A stretch of 64,000 nucleotides of DNA from Oopsacas minuta. Its lineage: Eukaryota; Animalia; Porifera. Positions 1 to 12,400 of this stretch are shown here, piece by piece. Made by a program: the position numbers and the translations under genes. The stretch covers positions 62,001 through 126,000 of the forward strand of contig JAKMXF010000221.1 in assembly GCA_024704765.1 (NCBI GenBank), written 5' to 3'. The number at the start of each line of letters is the position of its first letter. Position 1 is the first letter of the stretch. Below the pieces are notes generated by a model. It was not told where the DNA came from, searched no databases, and saw only the letters and a program-made list of their open reading frames with translations.

Positions 1-975
1 TACAATTAGCTGCAGCAACAGCTGAGAATGGTACAAATCTACCGATGAGAGGTGGAGCGTATTTAGCTACATGATTCAAAGTCAGAGCTGTGAATAACGC
101 GCCAAACGTAGCAGATACATAAGGTACCATCATCTGTTTAACAGTAGGAACTACAAATAATACAATAATAAGATTCAGTTGTTGTAATCGTGCATTGTAA
201 ATCTGGTCAATGGAATTTAGTTCAGTCTGCAATAGAATCCAATAAATTACCAATTTACAAATTAACATATTAGAATCTCGATTAAGTGATAGCCAAGGAA
301 GTGAGGGAAACTGTAGGAAAGAATTTAAAAGTTCACATTAAATATCTATTATTGTTTATTGTCCCAGATAAGGTAATTTGGTTGTAAGGCTGCAGGGATT
401 AACTGCATAAGGTAATCATCCAATTCACCTGCTGGACTTTTCTTAGTATAGTTTAATATGTAAAATTAGAATTCACTGACCTGTAGTAGCGCTTCTGTTT
501 GTATAATTGACAATTGCGTTGAACGTCTGATTTACCCATTGCCAGAGAATTACAGCAGCAGGTGATTTATAGAAGGTTAACATAAAGCCTGTTATAAACA
601 TGTTACAAGGAACCTGTGCTGACATTCTCCCTATAGAAACAGGTCAGTTCAAATACTAGAGGAATTGAAAATAGTTCGAATATAATATATTGTACTACCC
701 AAGATGAACATCTTCTCCCCTGTTCCTGGATGGAAAGCTGATTCGTATAAAGCCTTGGCAGCATAGACCTGGTCTTTGCTGGTATATGTAGGTTCCCTAC
801 CCTCTCTGTACTGCTTTACAAGGGTGGCAGCTGCTTCAAGCCTGGAATTGCTTGCAAAAATATTCAATGGGTTTGTGGTTAGAAAGAAATGTTTCGCTCT
901 CCCCATGTAAGTATCTTGGATATACCTTGGCTTGTCAAGATCAATTCTTCTATTGATCAGTTTTGTCTCAGTCAT
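1..975 (-). CDS. SFXN1: Sideroflexin (mitochondrial carrier), 5' part; runs off the window edge
   Basis: Exons 975-699, 630-481 and 150-<1 join in frame through GT-AG introns: ...[10 protein letters not shown]...[13 protein letters not shown]|[10 protein letters not shown]...[18 protein letters not shown]...[18 protein letters not shown]. These are sideroflexin signature motifs. The paralog number (SFXN1/3) is uncertain. Confidence 0.93.
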
Positions 976-1442
976 TATTGCAGCTGCCCCTGACTAATGT
1001 AAATACATACAATTTTAAGGAATATAATGGAATTAAGAAAAGGATTGATGGTAAACTGGTTTATAAGATTAATGGTTGATGACGTATTTACGAAATTGTT
1101 TTGGCCCATTGTCTACAAATCTATCGATGCTAGAGCCTTTATAGGTTTCTCACCATAAGTAATTACAGCTAATTTGTAAGTAACGTTGATGACACAAATA
1201 TTTTATGACAAGTGTTCCCATAATATTTAAATAAATTATAAAAATGAAAATAAAGTATCTGCGGACTTATGTAGCTCCCCCAAGGACAAAACTCAATTCC
1301 CCCAAAAGCAATTAATCGTTGGGAGTACCATGGAACGACAGATATGAGAAAAATCGCGAGTTTTTGTATCAACATTTATATTTAACATACTATAATAGTA
1401 TTCTATGTATTTCCTAATTGTAGACAAATTCACTCTAAAAGA

Positions 1443-1847
1443 TTACTCGTTCTCTTCGCTCCTGACCCTAGCACTAGCATTAGTCACACGAATAGCTAAT
1501 TGTTTGCCTCTCTCTACAATAGCCTTTCTCTTCCTTGAGGATACTCCGTGAGCTATAGTAGCAGCAAATCTGCGATTCTGCATCAACAGGACCTCTAATT
1601 CTCTCACATTGTGAACCAAGAAGTGATACATATGATCTGGATGCAGATGTCTAGTTTTCCTGTTTGAACCGTAACCGATCTTTGGCATCTTAAACTGACC
1701 CTTGAAGCGACGTCTTACGCGATTATCAATACCCTTTGGTTTACGCCATACCTCAGTGATCTTCTTGTAGCGATCTGATTGATGACGAATAAACTTCTTT
1801 GTTCGTTTCTTGACAATTTTTCTTCTGTTGAGCGGAGTCAGCACCAT
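1443..1847 (-). CDS. RPL32: 60S ribosomal protein L32 (eL32), intronless CDS
   Basis: [15 protein letters not shown]...[17 protein letters not shown]; 134 aa. Confidence 0.99.
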   Translation of the reverse strand: MVLTPLNRRKIVKKRTKKFIRHQSDRYKKITEVWRKPKGIDNRVRRRFKGQFKMPKIGYGSNRKTRHLHPDHMYHFLVHNVRELEVLLMQNRRFAATIAHGVSSRKRKAIVERGKQLAIRVTNASARVRSEENE

Positions 1848-2018
1848 ACTTGACAGAAGCTATAAACTAATGAACTAAATAAACAATATTATTAAAGTAT
1901 ATGCCTAACATAATGCAATATGTATTTATGATAATAGAGACTGGAGAGTTTATCAGCTCAGGAATCCCACATAAACGCTTACTGTATATACGCAAAGCAC
2001 ACCAATTATATCGTGACG

Positions 2019-4535
2019 TCATTCAAACTGTTCTCCCTCAAAGAAACACAGGAGTTTGTCCAACTCGTAATTATTCTCCAGGAGGTCTAGTAGCGTGTTA
2101 ACACGACTCTTCACATTCATACCTTTGAACTTAAACTTATCAATAAACAGATCTGTAATCATTCCATAAAGACGTTCTAAGTGACAAGGTTGCTGTTTAA
2201 ATTCTTCTCTCAGCTGTTGAGCATTATCCAGAATGTACAGATAATCAGCTGCAAGGAATGATATATCCTGTTCTTGTGCCTTGAGCTCCTGGAGAGCTTC
2301 TATTATATGAATTCGTTTAGCTAGTAGTAACTGGTAGTCTAGCTTAGGATGTATCAGCTGTAAAGTGTAGGGTACTGATTGGTCATTAATCACACAACTT
2401 ATTTCTAGTTTTATGCTATTCTTGGTAGCTTCTCTTGTTAGCACATCCTACAACAGTAATAATATAATAAGAATTACATAGTGCATCCATGGTATATGTT
2501 ACCTTTAGTATAGATATAGTAGAGACATTGTCAGAGCGAAATACTGCTTCTCCAGCTCTGTAGAAAGCATCGAGTTGTGTGTCTAAGAATGTGGACTTGA
2601 AGTGGATGGAGGCGGAGTCCTCGGTGGGAGGTCTCTCAGGGACATCAGGGAGACAATTGTAGATCCAGGAATGCACCTCACTGAGGCTAAAAGGACCACC
2701 TAGTGTGAGAACGTTGAGAGGGCGAGACGAGTCGAACAGGTGAGTACGTTGGTGTAGAGAGAGAGGCTTAATCAGAAATTCTTTCCTGCGACAAGACTTG
2801 GGATGCATACGAGGAGTTATGTATACCTAATACAATGGAGAATGGACTAACGTTAATCCTAATACAATAAATATGAAACTACAGATACACACGGTATCTT
2901 AGGATAACGAGATTGTATCATAAATTAGTATTGTGTTACCTGTAGAGTGCCATACTGTCCCTCAATAGAGCGTAGCTTGAGCTCCATACGAGTAGTACTA
3001 CTTTGACATCTGTAAGTAGCGAGCAAGTAGTTACCGTGATCAGGATCACACGGACAATGACTGACAACAGCTGTGTTCTTATCAGAGTCTAACAGGTCAA
3101 TTGGGACATTACTCTGTAGCACTACACTCTCTATAGGAACGTGTAATTCTACTGAGAGTGTGTATGAAGCATCTTCTTGTATGAGAGTAAATTTAGTACT
3201 AACTGAGAATTTAGGGAGAGCAGAGACAGCTGTTTTAGACTGAGCAGACTGTTCATAACTATCTCTACCTCTTTGTACATTAGTTTCTAGCTCTTCTACT
3301 TCCTTCTTTAATAAGTCAATACGAGCCTAAACATTAATATGAAATATAACAAATTTTTTCTCAGATTTGGTCATTGATAATAAAAGACTAGTATTATTGA
3401 ATTTTATAGAACCATACAGTGTTAAGATAAACGCATTAAACAACTTTCCTGGAGTTCTGGATCAACTGACTCCAGACATGTATTCCCCATATGCACTCCT
3501 CTTGTCTGAGGAGCACTGCTCATAGCTAGGATCTTACCAGAGTACGTGCTAACCACAGCCTCAGGATGGTAAGCCTGTGATACCATGCCTCCCTGAATAC
3601 TAGTCACACCCTCAGAGAGGGAGTGGGAGAATATTAACTGAGGTTCTCCCACCTCATCCAGAGCGTATACCTCAATCTCTCCATCATCTCTAGCAACTAG
3701 GATATCTAGTGACCCGTCACGTGTCATGTCAAACATGTCTAAGTCTGAGATCCCACCCAGTCTCTTGTCATTACTCAGATCCCATCTGTGTATCGGTGTC
3801 TCCTTACCTAGTTTAACTAATCCGATTTTTCCATCATACGTCCCATACAATACCTAATAAAATTCGTAATAGTTATCCTTGGTATATAAGAAGTTAACGT
3901 ACTTCGTCATTACTCTCTCCTCCTGTATGGCTGTAGAGAAGGAGACAAGAAGGAGCACCTGGTACCTCTACCTCGTAGAACATTTCTGAATCCTCCATCA
4001 GACGTAGAACTCTATCCTGACAAGCTAATACAGTGTAGACGTGTGTAGAACCAGGGATAGGTAGACGTAATAATGCATTGATTTTATCAGGTGATAAAAA
4101 GTAGTTTGCATCTTTACACTGCACATAGTGATTGAATATGTAATTACATCCAACAAGTAAGTCAGATTCTGTAGCAAATAGAGACTGTATTGAATCTGTC
4201 AGGTTCGTGTCGAAGACCAGAAACATTTTTCCTTTTTTAGTGTAACCACGGATCTCAGGACCAGCTGCTATGAATATATTCTCAGTGGTACCCTTGTCCC
4301 CGATAGAGAGACAGAGAGAGGTGATTTGTGGGCCAGGAAGACTCTTGAAGGCTAGATTAACTGTCAGGTTACGCATACCGAAACACGTCACAACTCCATC
4401 ATGATCTCCTACTACAATCTTCTGAGTAACAGGAGATGATGAAGCAGTACGTTTAGGAGTAGGTAACAACTTCATGCTACCAGGACTGGTTAAACCCAGC
4501 TGCATAAAGTCTATCCTCTTTAGAGACAATTCCAT
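2019..4535 (-). CDS. BBS7: Bardet-Biedl syndrome 7 protein (BBSome), multi-exon
   Basis: ORF pieces 3894-4535, 3422-3850, 2925-3122, 2416-2808 and 2019-2444 follow BBS7 colinearly (QKIVVGDHDGVVTCFGM, LACQDRVLR, QSNVPIDLLD, IKPLSLHQRTH, HLERLYGMITDLFIDKFKFKG). Confidence 0.97.
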
Positions 4536-4655
4536 AAGTGATCAAAGGCTAATATAGACGATAAAATAACGTATTTTATTAGTAATACATGAAATGCTCA
4601 AGTATCTACAGATAAAGTAATTAACTTGTACTAAGAAGAATGTGATATGTGTTAA

Positions 4656-6167
4656 TTAATACATGTCTTTACGAAACTTTCCATAGATAATAGTTATATT
4701 TTTGTCTTCTATCTTAGGTATTACTTCTTTAGCACTCTGCATTGATACAGCCATTTCTGTCTGGAAAGAACGATTGTCTCTGATATCTACTTTTCTCAGT
4801 TTTGGACAAGTTCTAACTAACTCTACTAAAGCTTCTCCTGTGATTTTAGGTAGACCCATGATATTCAAATATTTCAGATTAGGGCACATTCTATGCATAT
4901 TAAGGAGTGTACGGTCTGTCAGGTGCTTACAGTAGCTCAGGTCTAAATACTGTATCTTGGTTAGTTTGTGGAAGAGAGTGTCCAGTTTCTGGTCTGTGAT
5001 TATATAAGAACAATCTTTGAGTGTAAGACATTCAAGATTGGGACATCTCCGACTGAGTAGAAGTAAAGTAGATTCTGTCACGAAGAAGAACTCCAGACTG
5101 AGTCTAGTAAGCGTCTTGCCGAGAACACATTTTAGAATGGAATTGTTGAATTTTCGCTGACTTTGTAACCGCTTTAACATTAACCGCATAAGATATTCAT
5201 CTTGAAACTCTAGTAGATCAAAGTTCCTGATGTTATCACAGACATATCTCAATGTTATCTCCATTAGCCTCAATACCTTGTAGGTAATACATCAATGAAT
5301 GAAGTAATTATACAAATGAAACAATCAAGTTCAATGTGTTATACTTGTTAACCATTATAGTATAATTATTATAATAAATACAGATTAATTGATTCATATG
5401 ATTATACCTTAGAACCTTCGTGTCTAGGACTGCGATCAAACTTCCTACTATAACAAGCTCTAACTAATTTTTTCTCAGATTCATCTCTTATTTCAAATCG
5501 CTTCTGCCCGCGAGAAGATGTGGATTCTGTAATTTCTCTAAGGATAAATTCAATTTGTGACTTAGCGAGGAGAGGGTGCTGACAGAGATCACTCAAGTTA
5601 ACCCAACCTCCCTCTTCTACAGCTAATCCTTCTACCTAGAAATACATAATATTTTAATAATATTGTTTACTATTAATTATTCAAATCATTACTGTTAATG
5701 AAAAACAGAAAAACAACACATGGATAAAGTAAATAATCATAATAAACTGAGAATGACTTAGTTATTGAACAATCATCTTTTCGCAATAACTACTAATAAT
5801 TTGGTAGTAATCACCAGATGCTGAATTTTCTAAAGTTCATAAATACAAGTAAAATAAATCAATTATCATATTGAATTACTAGCTTAAGTGATCATACGCA
5901 ATCATAAGCTAATGTATAAATTTATGAATTATTTCTTATCTCTTAGCATTCGTGGAATATTTCGACAGATACGAACATGAGTTTAAACCTACTTGAACTG
6001 GAAATTATTTATTTTTACGTATAATAATATCGTCAGGTGGATTTGTTCTGTATTATTTAGCATTTTATTGTTATATTAGCAAATCTTACCTCAGCTCCAT
6101 ACCGCAATAGGTATGCTAATTTTCTCCCCAATTTGACTTGTTTCTCCATAATTGTAGCTTCATCCAT
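4656..6167 (-). CDS. 308-aa protein with an N-terminal Tpt1/KptA-like lobe and C-terminal Cys-containing LRRs (AMN1/FBXL-like)
   Basis: Exons 6167-6090 (26 codons), 5635-5408 (76 codons) and 5276-4656 join by phase-0 GT-AG introns: MDEATIMEKQVKLGRKLAYLLRYGAE|VEGLAVEEGGWVNLSDL...QKRFEI...LVRACYSRK...|VLRLMEITL...LRRs (LxxLxLxxC). Confidence 0.75.
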
Positions 6168-6782
6168 CGCATCGGATAATTGCTATCTCTACACTAATTT
6201 GCGCTAGATAATACACGAAAATATTCAAGCAGAAGGAATAGCCACAATATTGTTGCTGTATTTCAGCATTAAGAAGAGTAAACAAAATTAGTTTACTTGT
6301 TCTCGACATTTTGTGCATTAAAATGTCTATCCCATGAAAAATATACCGTAAATTAGTAGTTACTCGGCAGATATTAACGATAGAAAATGCAGGATAATGT
6401 ATTTTAAATATTTTAGGTGTTAATGGATAGATTACAAAATAATTATAAGAAAAACAAAATTATCTGGATTGAAATTCAATCTTGTTTACTGAATTGTAAT
6501 AATTGGCTTAATAGTTAAGGTTTTGAAGAGAAATGAACTCTCAATAATTGGAAGTCATAACACGTTTAGTGACGATTGCCAGCCAACTCTAACCTATTCT
6601 AACCTGCACCAAACCAACTCGCGATAAGCTAACTAGCTACAATTCTAAGTGGTCATAAAGTATATTTTGGGTGAGTGAATGAAGAAATAAGTTATTTGAC
6701 AAAACACAAAGATAGGTTAGGATTAGGTACGAATTGAATGATCCAAGTCGACTGAAGCAATTTGTACAGTAACAATAATTTA

Positions 6783-6928
6783 CAGGGCCGCTGACAGGAT
6801 CGGAGAGGTTCGGGCCGTATTACCCAAATATTGTGATGATTATTCGATGAAATAGAGATTTTTGGAGGCCCTTAGAGCGTGAGGCCCAGGCCAAATAGAG
6901 CGCCTGGCCCCCCTTCTCAGAGGGCCTG
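6783..6928. mobile_element. hAT-type MITE (146 bp)
   Basis: Imperfect TIRs (CAGGGCCGCTGACAGG vs reverse complement CAGGCCCTCTGAGAAG, 12/16) and a perfect 8-bp TSD ATAATTTA at 6775-6782 and 6929-6936. Confidence 0.8.
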
Positions 6929-7357
6929 ATAATTTATACCATGTAGGTGTATAAAATAATTATATAACTTGTGTAGACGCAATATTTAAAATATCATCAA
7001 AAATATTTTCGTCGTTGATCTCAGTCAATTACCTGTAATATCTAAGTGTCTTTTACAGTGTAGACAAATCCAACCAAAGTAATAGTTTGTTTATTAATCA
7101 TATGAAAGTGGAAAAAGAAAATAGCATTCATACGGAGAATTAACAAAATTAATCATCGATCTGTGGAAAGCTTATACTGATTCATAGCAATAAATTTTTG
7201 ACAGAATAAATCATATTGAATAATAGTTCGGATAATAGATTTGGATAAACAATTCAATTTGTTCTAAGTACATTCAATAAAAGTATAAATAGCTCTGAAA
7301 GCAGTTGTAAACTAACAAATATACTCACTCAACACAATAATACGCTTTCAAATAAAT

Positions 7358-8161
7358 ATGTATTATTCACAATTTGAAGATGAAGCCTTGCTACAGGCCG
7401 GTCGGGAAACTTCCTACAAGCAAGGAATCCTTACAACTCGAACCAAAAAGGGAGATTGGAGGGCAAGGTGGTTCAACCTGACAGACAAAAGTATTCAGGT
7501 TGTGAATAAGAAACCGCGAAATGACATTGTAGAGCAATTTGTGACATTAAAAGAAATCGAGTTGATACAATATCCAGTTAGTCTATCCCAGGGGGAGGGA
7601 AAATTCGATCTGAATAATAAGTCAAATTACTCAGCAACATTCGGTATTCAATATATCGATAGAATGGATGACAACAGAAAGAAACTCATAGCTTATGCTA
7701 GCAATGTAGAAGAGTGTAGGAAATGGGTTTTGTACCTAAAGAGCTTTATCAACAAATACAGAGAGGGGCGTCTAGATGAGATAAGCGAATACAGTGACTC
7801 ATTAGAACTGAGTAACGAGGAGAAGGTTCATCTAGAAGTGTCAGCAAAGGTGTATCTTTACGAGAAAAAGGCATGGGGAGATAGAAAAGTAACGCTTGAG
7901 AATGGAGCGATGAAATTCTATAATACAAAGGGTAAACTGAAGGATGAATTCTACTTATCACATGTGCACGATATGGGATATCCTAGTCAAGTGCGAGGAG
8001 GTCAGAGCCCGCCTCCATACATTGCAACCTTAAAATGCATGGCATTCCGAATTCAATCCTCGCTACACACCTTTTCGACCTGTACCATGTATATCCATAA
8101 AGCAGAGGATTCTAAGCATTGGAGGGAAACTATTAAAAGTATCTTGGAAGGACAGAATTAG
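7358..8161 (+). CDS. Intronless tandem PH-domain protein (267 aa)
   Basis: Two PH-like units: KQGILTTRTKKGDWRARWFNL...ECRKWVLYLK and YEKKAWGDRKVTL...SKHWRETIK. Confidence 0.7.
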   Translation: MYYSQFEDEALLQAGRETSYKQGILTTRTKKGDWRARWFNLTDKSIQVVNKKPRNDIVEQFVTLKEIELIQYPVSLSQGEGKFDLNNKSNYSATFGIQYIDRMDDNRKKLIAYASNVEECRKWVLYLKSFINKYREGRLDEISEYSDSLELSNEEKVHLEVSAKVYLYEKKAWGDRKVTLENGAMKFYNTKGKLKDEFYLSHVHDMGYPSQVRGGQSPPPYIATLKCMAFRIQSSLHTFSTCTMYIHKAEDSKHWRETIKSILEGQN

Positions 8162-9415
8162 GATTACTAAACATGTCATCTTGTTAAAGACGAAAGTCAA
8201 CTAATGCTTTCTATTCCACAGTGATATTTTGAGTTATTTATGTTTGAATATTAATTCAAAACACAATTATTTGTTATCAATAAAAATTATTAATAATGTG
8301 TAAAATATGAGGATTAATAATAATTAAGCATGGGAAATATTTAATGGGCTTCTTACTAGTATTCGAGCTAGTAAAATGTCAATACGGGGGTGGAATAAAA
8401 GAGATATTAAATTGGTATATCCACATCACGAGTTAGTGCAAAAAATCTTCCACGACGAAATTTGAAAAAAGACCAGTCCCGTCCCAAATAAAAAGTTGTA
8501 CAGAATCTAATTAAAGGCGAGGAACTTCCAAAAGGAGATTAAAAGGAGGCCAAATAAAATCATCTAAATTAACCGAATTACCAATATAAAGTTTCGATCT
8601 GAATAGCTTGTAATTATAATACAGCAATTCATTTGTATCCATTTTCTTTGTAGTAGTTTTGCAGTGACAGTCTGATTAATAATAAATAAATGAATATATT
8701 TGATGAATAAATAAATATTCAAAACGCAGAATTTGGTCCTGCCATTTGCAATTCTGAGTAGATGGCGGAGATTGTAACAAAAATATTTCAAAAAGATAGT
8801 TCAGCAAAATCCAACCATAAACTGAAATGAATTCTCTAATTATTAACCAGAAAACAAATAAAGTTAAATCACGAGAATATCCGTACCGATTAAGTGGCAA
8901 AATAGTGAAAATTGAAAATGACAATTTGCTCATTGACAAAAATAATAACAAAGAAAGTAAACGGATGTAACATATGTTTATGAAGAAGTAATAGTTTTAC
9001 TTTCAATGATATTCTTTGAAAATTTAGGTCAAATTGTAACCAAAACTACCAAACTTGTATGTTCAAAACCAATAATTCGATCTGTAAATGCAATGGTTCT
9101 AGATTTAACATATACGTAATTCTCGGGCAAAACGATCCAATACAAAACAAGGCAATATAGGACATTAACTTATTCCCTAATAATATCTAACAGCACATAA
9201 CATTGACAAGCAGTATAAGGATATGATGACGTAAATAAGTTGCAAAATATACAACCGGAGTAGAGTTACAAACCAGCAGTATTAGTAAACGGAGTACATC
9301 ACTCCATCAGTTGTGACACTCTTCTTCTATCCTCGGTGAGAGAGCGAGGTCATATGTCATTAACTAGTTACAAAATAATAATACTAAATACTCAAAACTT
9401 GCTTGGAAGATAAAG

Positions 9416-12400
9416 TCACACATTATTATTCGCTTCAGCAGATTCCGATTTCCCTGCGAATAATGTTGCTTGTTGAGCAGTGAGTAAAGTTTGTCCGCTC
9501 TCTTTCTCTACAATTCTGTTCTTAACGGCTCTCTTGTGAGCTAGATTCTTCATAACTGCAGTGGGTATCAGTGAACAGCTAACTGGATTACGTGTGTTAG
9601 TGAAGAGAGGGTGAGGAGGGAGGGTAGGAGGAGATGGAGACATGAGGCCTCTCTCAACCAAAGGACCAGATTGGAATTCATATAGAGTTTTACATGCAGC
9701 ACTTTCATAGGATTCCTCAATTGTAATTGACGATGCACCTAAGAAAGTCTGTAGAGCTCCATCTAAATTAATTTTAACCATCCCTATAAATCCCTCTGTG
9801 GAGTCGTTATTAGGCATATATTGATAATCAGGGAATCCTAAGCCTAGTGATAAACAATGGAATTCTAGCACATCTCTATAGGAGGATACGTTATGAGGTA
9901 GACGTATGATGGGTGACGTCACAGGGGGTGGAGGGAATGGCATACGAGGGTTTATAGTTCGAGGAGGAGACTGGAAGGGGATAGTAGGGATAAGACCCGG
10001 GGTGAAGTTTGTAGCGTGTGGTGGTTGCTCTCTTCCAGGGATATTATGTGTAGTATTATCTTTACGATCTGTCTCTGAAGCTGAAGGTAGTGGCATAGGG
10101 TTGAATTGGATAGGGTAAGGGAGGAGAGCAGGGTGTGGAAAAGGACCTCTATGTGTGTTGAAGGGGAGAGGTGGTCGCATGTAAGGGGGATTAAAATGTG
10201 GACCCATTCGCATCTGTTCATTAATGTTGAAATTGTTGAATCTTGGAGATATATTTGAGAAAGGAGAGCCAGGACCCACATACTGAGGGTATAAGGGCTG
10301 AGGAGGATAACCTGTGAGGATTGGCATTCTTGCTCTAGGATCAAACATCATCTCATGAGTTCCATTATTCTGCATATTCATATGATAATTGGGCGGGAAA
10401 TATGGATTCATATTATGCGCCTGTCTCTGTTGTTTGGATTTTCTGAAATCTCTCGGAGGTTGAGTTTGGGGGTGACTATCCTCTAGCCATGTCAGATCCC
10501 CAACTATAGAGTTATCGTAAGAAGAAGATGGATAGATGTTAACACTCTTTCCTTGGAGAGTACCTGAATTCTCAAACTCCATAAATTTAGAATTTTCTAG
10601 ATTATCTGTGCTTTCTGCTTCAAATGTATCTATGTATTCTTGTGTATTAGGAGAGGTCCCGTAGGGATCCATCTGACTCTCGTCGTACCTGTTACCAAAT
10701 GATCGAGGTCCACGAGGATTATGTATGTGAGAAATGAATGGTACTGTGGGTAGGACAGCAGGTTTTCCAGGTGTTGAGTCTTTGATTCGTTCTCTGTTGG
10801 ACTTAAATTTCATCACTCTCTGAGATTGATTACTTTCCTTTTTTTCTCGATTCTGATTATCTATATTTTCTAGATCATCACATCCGAATACTCCTTCCTG
10901 ATAGACATGATCTTGACTTTCTCTATTCGACTGTCCATGTGTAAGATCAATTAGAAGTGTAGATTTGAGAACATACGCACGTTTAGCTGATCCTCTTATA
11001 GAAACTGCTCCTGGGAATTCTAAGTCAAACAGAACCTCACAAAGATACTCATTACTAGTTATAGGGTTGTATCCTATTATGGTTCCGACATAGCCGAATG
11101 GTACTTCAGAAGAAATGGACAAAACTCTGTCTAGAATAAAGTACATTGCGTCCCTGTCTGGGGCAAAATCGCTGAATTCAAACATTGGACAAAACAACTC
11201 TTTTGGTTTACATTTGACTACTTTACGATTGCTCTTTAGTTTAGTTGCTATATCCAGATCATTGGTTATCCTCTCTACCATCTTAATACATTCTGTACTG
11301 AGTAGCTCACTTCCACAAGTAACCAGAGGTTGTTCATAGCATGGTAGAGTCTGTAACCATTCCTGTAATTCAGCTAGTCTCTCTGTAGCACTGTCATCTT
11401 CAAACATATCACAGCTGTAATAGTCATCGCATGTTGGATTCATTTCTAGCACAGCAAATACATCAGGAAATCTCTGTTTGTATTCTCGTAAGAAGTCTAT
11501 CATCCTAGGGTTATACAACCAGCCTCTGTCTTCACGGATTGCGTATTCAGAGTGACATAGATTCTTCTTAGAATTCTTAATATTTAAACTTATCATTAGC
11601 TTAGAAGAGTGCTGTTTCTTTCTCTTGTTATCTCCAGTGTATATGAATAGCCCAGAAGTTATGCGAGAGAGTACAATCTTATCAATGTCAGCCTTGGAGG
11701 CTATAATATAGCCGGGGAGATATTTATGGTATCTAGGGAGAGTCTTCAGGTATTTGTCATTAACAGTATGCATATCACTTGAATACACGTCACTGTTGAT
11801 GCTATACATTTTAAGTTGTACATGACGAGAAACTTCATCTACTTTCTCTACTATAGCAGGAGATCCGTAGAGATCCTTACGCATGATATAACACTCCCTT
11901 CCTTTGAAGAAAATATCTGAGAGGGTAAGCTCAGACAGAGAGGGGGAAGGATCGAATACTTTAACCTCATCAAACGTTCTAACAGTTTGCAACAAGTAAA
12001 CGTTCCCATTAGTGTCCCATTCAGCATCCACTCGAACAGGGCTATCTTCCTTCTTCTTACAAAACTGAACACGCTTACCCACGATAACACTAGCATGCAC
12101 CATAAAGTTAGCTTCTCCTATACTGATACCGTTCTTAGTGCTGTACACATGATCAATGTTAATCACATTCTTTTCCCATTTATCGCTCTCCCTCTCATCC
12201 ATATCAGTTATTCTCATTTGTTTGTCACTACTATCTGGGTCTAGTTCGTATACTTGATGACCATCAGAAACAGCTTCTACGAAGGCTCTAACAAAAAAGG
12301 GCCAATTGACTAGACATTCCTTTCCGACCAATTTGTTGGCAAGGCTTTCAAGCGTGGGAGGTACCTCAGGCTCTTCGATGTTTATTTGTATTCTCTGTTT

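Noticed and set aside
8341-9000. Short ORFs 8564-8791 and 8676-8951, or a transposon remnant
   Set aside because: These are AT-rich I/F/L/Y-biased ORFs with no motifs. I could not define TIRs or a TSD.
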